NCBI GenBank assembly: GCA_002633005.1
Contig: NMRA01000171.1
Span: 124,001-188,000 of the forward strand
DNA: 64,000 bases
Direction: 5' to 3'
From: Phoronis australis
Lineage: Eukaryota; Animalia; Phoronida
Part shown: positions 60,116 through 64,000 of the stretch, piece by piece
Position numbering within the stretch: the stretch's first letter is position 1
Layout of the letters: each line of letters opens with the position of its first letter
Program-made: the position numbers and the translations under genes
Notes under the pieces: model-generated
The model's input: only the letters and a program-made list of their open reading frames with translations
The model's database searches: none
Told to the model about the DNA's origin: nothing

Positions 60116-60492
60116 CGAAAACAACAACGGATTTAAAACTTGACATGTTTCGGTGTCATTTATTAAACACCATCCTCAGAAGTCATAATACAGTGGCCAC
60201 CTAGCTAGGCCCAGCAACAAGTAATGAAGCACAGATACAGTCAGTTACAGGGAGTGACAATGAACTATACCAACAATGACAACCTGTGGTGTGTCAGTTG
60301 CCTATTGAGATTGGGCTTGCACCAACTGATATGTAAAGCCTCACGAATTTTAAGCTCCTTTGTTGTTACTGCCTGGTCTATTATTGCAAAGTCATTGAAA
60401 GAGCACTGCTGATAACAATGATTGGAGCTCTGCAGGTGAATATTTACATGTGAATTACTGTCAGAATTTAGATGTTCCTTGGTCCTGGTTTT
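60116..60492 (-). mobile_element. Penelope-like retroelement 3' fragment (GIY-YIG endonuclease C-terminus plus pseudo-LTR)
   Basis: KTRTKEH…HL…F.IID….ELKIREALHI…KPNLNRQ is the characteristic PLE GIY-YIG tail; truncated at N 60493. Confidence 0.85.
60137..60185 (-). ncRNA. Minimal type I hammerhead ribozyme (Penelope-associated)
   Basis: Minus strand: gactt-CTGAGGA-t-ggtgt-(10-nt loop)-acacc-GAAAC-AT-GTC-aagtt. Conserved core, 5-bp stem II, palindromic ACATGT stem III, GUC cleavage triplet, stem I gactt/aagtt. Confidence 0.8.
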
Positions 60493-60493
60493 N

Positions 60494-61493
60494 AATTGCC
60501 AGAGTGTCCCGCGACACACTCCCACTGGATGGTGACCTGAGCACCCAAACTGCTTACACCGTGTCGTGTGACTCCCTCGCCACACACCTGGCACCTTCTA
60601 AATAGCTCCAACACTTTAGACAAGTCCACAATAAACTTATCAACGTTTGGCTCACCGATCTGTTCACTGGACGACGAACTGTCCTCTTCACTGAACTGAG
60701 CCTGTAATCACTCCCACTACTCAATATCGCTGCAGGGCTGCTTAGAGGCTCTGGGTTGGAGAAAACACACACAGGGCGAATCACTACTGGTTCCAGGAAT
60801 TGCACGCTGTGGGGTACGTTCGGAGGCACGGGTGATAGATGAAGTGCCTCCACTGGCTCCAGTCACTGTACTGGCCACAGCTAACGAGGCTTCTCGCTTC
60901 AAAAACGCACTTCTCGGGGGTGGCGACGGTGCACTGCCGGGAATCAACACAGACGGAATGGCATCCTTCTTCAGACGTTGTTTCTCAGGGATCTTCATCA
61001 GTTCAGCGTACAAATCCCTTTCGTAATCGGACGGCAGAATGTGCTTGCCACACACACGGTAATTCTCTACTGCTTTTAACGTTGCGTGGACGGGTAACGC
61101 TGCGTTCTTCACACGAACGAGCCAAGTACGGCGCAGTGTGTCATCCATCGGAAAGCGATGCAAAGGTACTCCCAAAGCGCACATGAGCCGATAATTAGTA
61201 CATCCTGGTACGCAGCAAAAGTGTGGCATGTTGACTCACTAGTAAATGAAAGCAAACGACGACGGAACTTAACACAACCGAGGTAGAACAATGACTGACT
61301 CGGCGGCTCTCACAGTCAGACTATATGAAAAGAAACTGGCGCGAAATGCTTGCCTCCTAAAACGTCACTTCCGGAGTAGCGGACGAGTAATTAATAAAAT
61401 TACGAAAAGCTGTAATTAAGCGGAAATGTGTCTAGGATAACCAATCAACCTTATTTTAGCTCAAAATGATATGGAAAAAGGTTGCCTTCACCT
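60494..61493 (-). mobile_element. Kolobok-like DNA transposon 5' end encoding THAP plus the start of the transposase
   Basis: Terminus ttaa|aggtgaaggcaacc; complete THAP at 61229 downward; downstream KFIVDLSKVLELFRRCQVC…VTIQWECVAGHSG zinc-ribbon segment (60494-60700) after stop codons. Confidence 0.7.
60717..61229 (-). CDS. THAP zinc-finger ORF (transposon-encoded, probably defective or spliced)
   Basis: MPHFCCVPGC…HRFP…W…RVCGKH…LKKDAIPSV: C2CH ligands, Pro/Trp and AVPT-like box. Confidence 0.75.
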   Translation of the reverse strand: MPHFCCVPGCTNYRLMCALGVPLHRFPMDDTLRRTWLVRVKNAALPVHATLKAVENYRVCGKHILPSDYERDLYAELMKIPEKQRLKKDAIPSVLIPGSAPSPPPRSAFLKREASLAVASTVTGASGGTSSITRASERTPQRAIPGTSSDSPCVCFLQPRASKQPCSDIE

Positions 61494-61644
61494 TTAAACT
61501 CCTTTTTCCACACTTTGGACCGGTTCACTTATTCCTTTGTGAGGGGCTACACTATCGTCACGCCATGTTGAAAACCTGTCACATGTGGCACATAGCGCCA
61601 TGTGCCAGCGATAGTATCGTGAGCCTTTAGGATGAAAGTGTCGC

Positions 61645-61870
61645 GCGTAATTACGCTCGTAATCACTACCAAGATTTCTCTCGGGTTTTACGACCAAAAT
61701 CCGCCTATAATTACGCTTGTGATCACGACCGAGGCTTCGCTCGTGTTTTACGACCGAAATCACTCGCTCGTAATTACCACCGAGACTGCGCTCGTGTTTT
61801 ACAACCCCAGTTGTTCACCCGTAATTGCTAGCGTAATTACGACGGAGACTTCGCTCGTGTTTTACGACCG
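61645..61870. repeat. Degenerate tandem repeats (taattacgctcgtaat…ctcgtgttttacgacc)
   Basis: Four related units, also visible as VITTE repeats in the ORF track. Confidence 0.7.
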
Positions 61871-61877
61871 ACATCGC

Positions 61878-62568
61878 TATATCCAGTTAGAAATTGGTTT
61901 GTAAGTCATGTGAAAGTTTACTCTGGTATTTTTCGCTCATAAATTTAGCTAGTAGCCTAGTCATTATATTAGTACTAGTCCACGAGACCACCAGTCATTA
62001 AACTAATACGCAGTTGATATTGTTTTGTGGTGCACTAATGGTTCGTGTTTTGAATAAAAAGTGAGTGATTTACCACCAACATTCAGAAATTCTACTACAT
62101 AACCCCCTAAAAGCGTTTTGAATCAAGGTTTTTGCAACATCATATGTCATCTACACGCATTGTTAGAGTCAGAGAATGAAACTTTGCCTAAATAAATGAA
62201 AAAAGCATAGTTATTTTAACAAATCAAATAAAAGCATTGCCAGATGACTCGCTAGATATACATTATGACACATCAATATGTACAAAAACGGACCACATTA
62301 AAATGCCCGAGTTGGACAGGGCAGCAAGTAAAAACTATTCAGTCAGTCTGATATTTTCAACCTTTTGCACCTGAGATTTTACCTTCTAAATACTTCATAA
62401 CATGTGAAAATACCAGCGTCAAATTATGAACGTAAAATTACGATCGAAAAATATGAGCGTAAAATTCCGAACGTGAAACCCCTACGAGCGAAAAAATAGC
62501 ATAAAATTATGACCGTACAACTGCTTCACAGCTCACGTGACCAAGAAACCAATTTCTCATTGGATATA
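61878..62568. mobile_element. MITE with about 35-bp inverted ends
   Basis: tatatccagttagaaattggtttgtaagtcatgtga versus tcacgtgaccaagaaaccaatttctcattggatata. Confidence 0.65.
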
Positions 62569-63413
62569 ACAAAGTGGAAATCGTAAATGTCTGAACTTTT
62601 CCAGATGAGAAGGGTTTGCCAAATATTTGATTGATCAATATTCAATGTAGGATTGCTCAGTCAAAAGTTTCATAACAAATATTTCTGAAATCTAATCTCT
62701 TCAGACGGTTCTGGCCTGTTGAATCGATGTTATTTTAGTTTTATAACTTGTTTCTGGAATCGTTCTTTAAGTAAAAGGCAAATTGTTATTCAGCGACTAG
62801 GTTGGTACTGAAAATCTACTGGCGTCTCTGCCGACGACGGCGCCAACTTATCAGCAGTGAAAAGCGAGCGAACGCTGCTCGGACCGTTTTCGTAATATGC
62901 TCAAGGCGCCACCACTTCAACAGGTTTGAAGAGCTGCTATGTTTATTTATTCCAATTCGAAATCGACAAAAAAGATCCAAAATACATTGCATAGTATCTG
63001 AAACATGTCAAATTGAGCAAAACAAGCCTTCAGAAGTTGGGCATATTACATTTGACAACCCCCTCCCCCCTCCTCCAACAAAAAGTCCTAGTTTAGTACC
63101 TAACCAGCAAGGCTCGTCTCCTAAAAACTGAAAACTAGCAAGGGTGACAGCTGTTCGACCTGGTGAGGCCCAACATCACCAGTACTGTTCAGTAGCAGCA
63201 CCAACATTCTAAATTATGTCTACGTATTTCAGAGAACAGCACAACAAAAGTGTAATTGGTTCCGGAGGCTATCTCGTGATATTTTCACACCTCCCACAAG
63301 TGCATTTGCGAGAAATGAAGCAAAACCACATTGCAGAATGGTTATTAATGTATCGAGCATTGACGAGCAGTCGGAGTCATGTGCAGAATGCGAGGAGGCG
63401 AAATAGTTGTCAG

Positions 63414-63426
63414 ATTGGTATATAAG
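63414..63426 (+). promoter_or_regulatory. TATA box (TATATAAG) with adjacent inverted CCAAT
   Basis: attggTATATAAGG about 60 nt upstream of the ATG at 63481. Confidence 0.5.
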
Positions 63427-63480
63427 GATAGTTTCTCAAGTGAGTAGCCAAGTACATTCTTTGCTACTGAAGAAACCGTA

Positions 63481-63543
63481 ATGGAGTTCAACTGTTTCCA
63501 AATATTTGCACTGCTGTCTGTTGTAGCTGTCTATGTAACAACG
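63481..63543 (+). CDS. Probable first coding exon of a secreted protein (MEFNCFQIFALLSVVAVYVTT)
   Basis: gtaATGg start context, hydrophobic signal-peptide-like stretch, consensus donor ACG|gtaagt, upstream TATA box. Confidence 0.55.
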
Positions 63544-63662
63544 GTAAGTATTGTTGATGAAGGTGTCGGTTATTATAGAGCTTGAAACGTGTTACACTAT
63601 TCATACTTATGAAATATTTCGTGTTTCCAGATAGCGGGTTTTTGATTTTGGTCAAGCCTATG

Positions 63663-63802
63663 CATGGGCGGCGCAGCACTGAAAAAAGTGGGGCTATAGC
63701 TCACCAGCCCCTCAGTGGTGAACCACCGATAGACCACAGACGGCGCAGCACTGAAGAAAGTGGGGCTATAGTCCCCCAGCCCCCTATGATGCGTCGCCCA
63801 TG
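63663..63802. mobile_element. Short hAT-like MITE
   Basis: TIR catgggcg(g/a)cgca; internal 30-bp direct repeat ggcgcagcactgaa.aaagtggggctatag; no clear TSD. Confidence 0.6.
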
Positions 63803-64000
63803 CTAGTCCACTGATATGTCACAATGTCCTTCAGCGTGAGAGGTATGTGGCAGTCTGAAAGATAACACTGCCTCAGTTTTCACCAATATTATAATAACAC
63901 GTGATTGGTTTCATTAATAGAAATAAATCACTGAAACAGGAATATTTCATAAAATACAGCCCCGCATGCATTTTATTTATTTATTTATTTTTTATTGCCA

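Noticed and set aside
60265-60594. 109-aa ORF as a single fusion protein
   Set aside because: It crosses the N at 60493, joining a wrong-frame Kolobok segment to the Penelope GIY-YIG tail; an assembly junction artefact

Overview
This is eukaryotic, AT-rich, intron-rich animal DNA. The repeat content suggests a marine invertebrate such as a mollusc (inference). Four single-N assembly junctions lie at 10883, 32297, 37815 and 60493. Most of the window (261..54355, + strand) is the middle and 3' part of a FANCI (Fanconi anaemia group I) gene. I could trace 27 coding exons with GT-AG sites and consistent phases, except one exon (47725..47858) that carries an apparent frameshift. A 23.5-kb FANCI intron (12554..36100) hosts an antisense nested gene with an intronless CDS (14315..15949), encoding a 544-aa RING/B-box/coiled-coil/NHL-like (TRIM-type) protein with a non-canonical RING. 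Introns and the downstream region are full of transposon relics: three THAP-encoding DNA transposons (two ISL2EU-like, one Kolobok-like), hAT- and Tc2/pogo-like MITEs, Helentron/HINE-like repeats carrying CTCF-like motifs, tRNA-derived SINE heads, and a Penelope-like GIY-YIG fragment with an intact-looking minimal hammerhead ribozyme. A TATA-box promoter and signal-peptide first exon of another gene begin at about 63.4 kb. I did not find a clearly new multi-gene system. The best leads are the nested TRIM-like gene, the FANCI frameshift exon, the hammerhead, an inverted MITE pair around a FANCI exon, and a decayed pair of convergent virus-like ORFs. All family assignments come from recalled motifs, not database searches.
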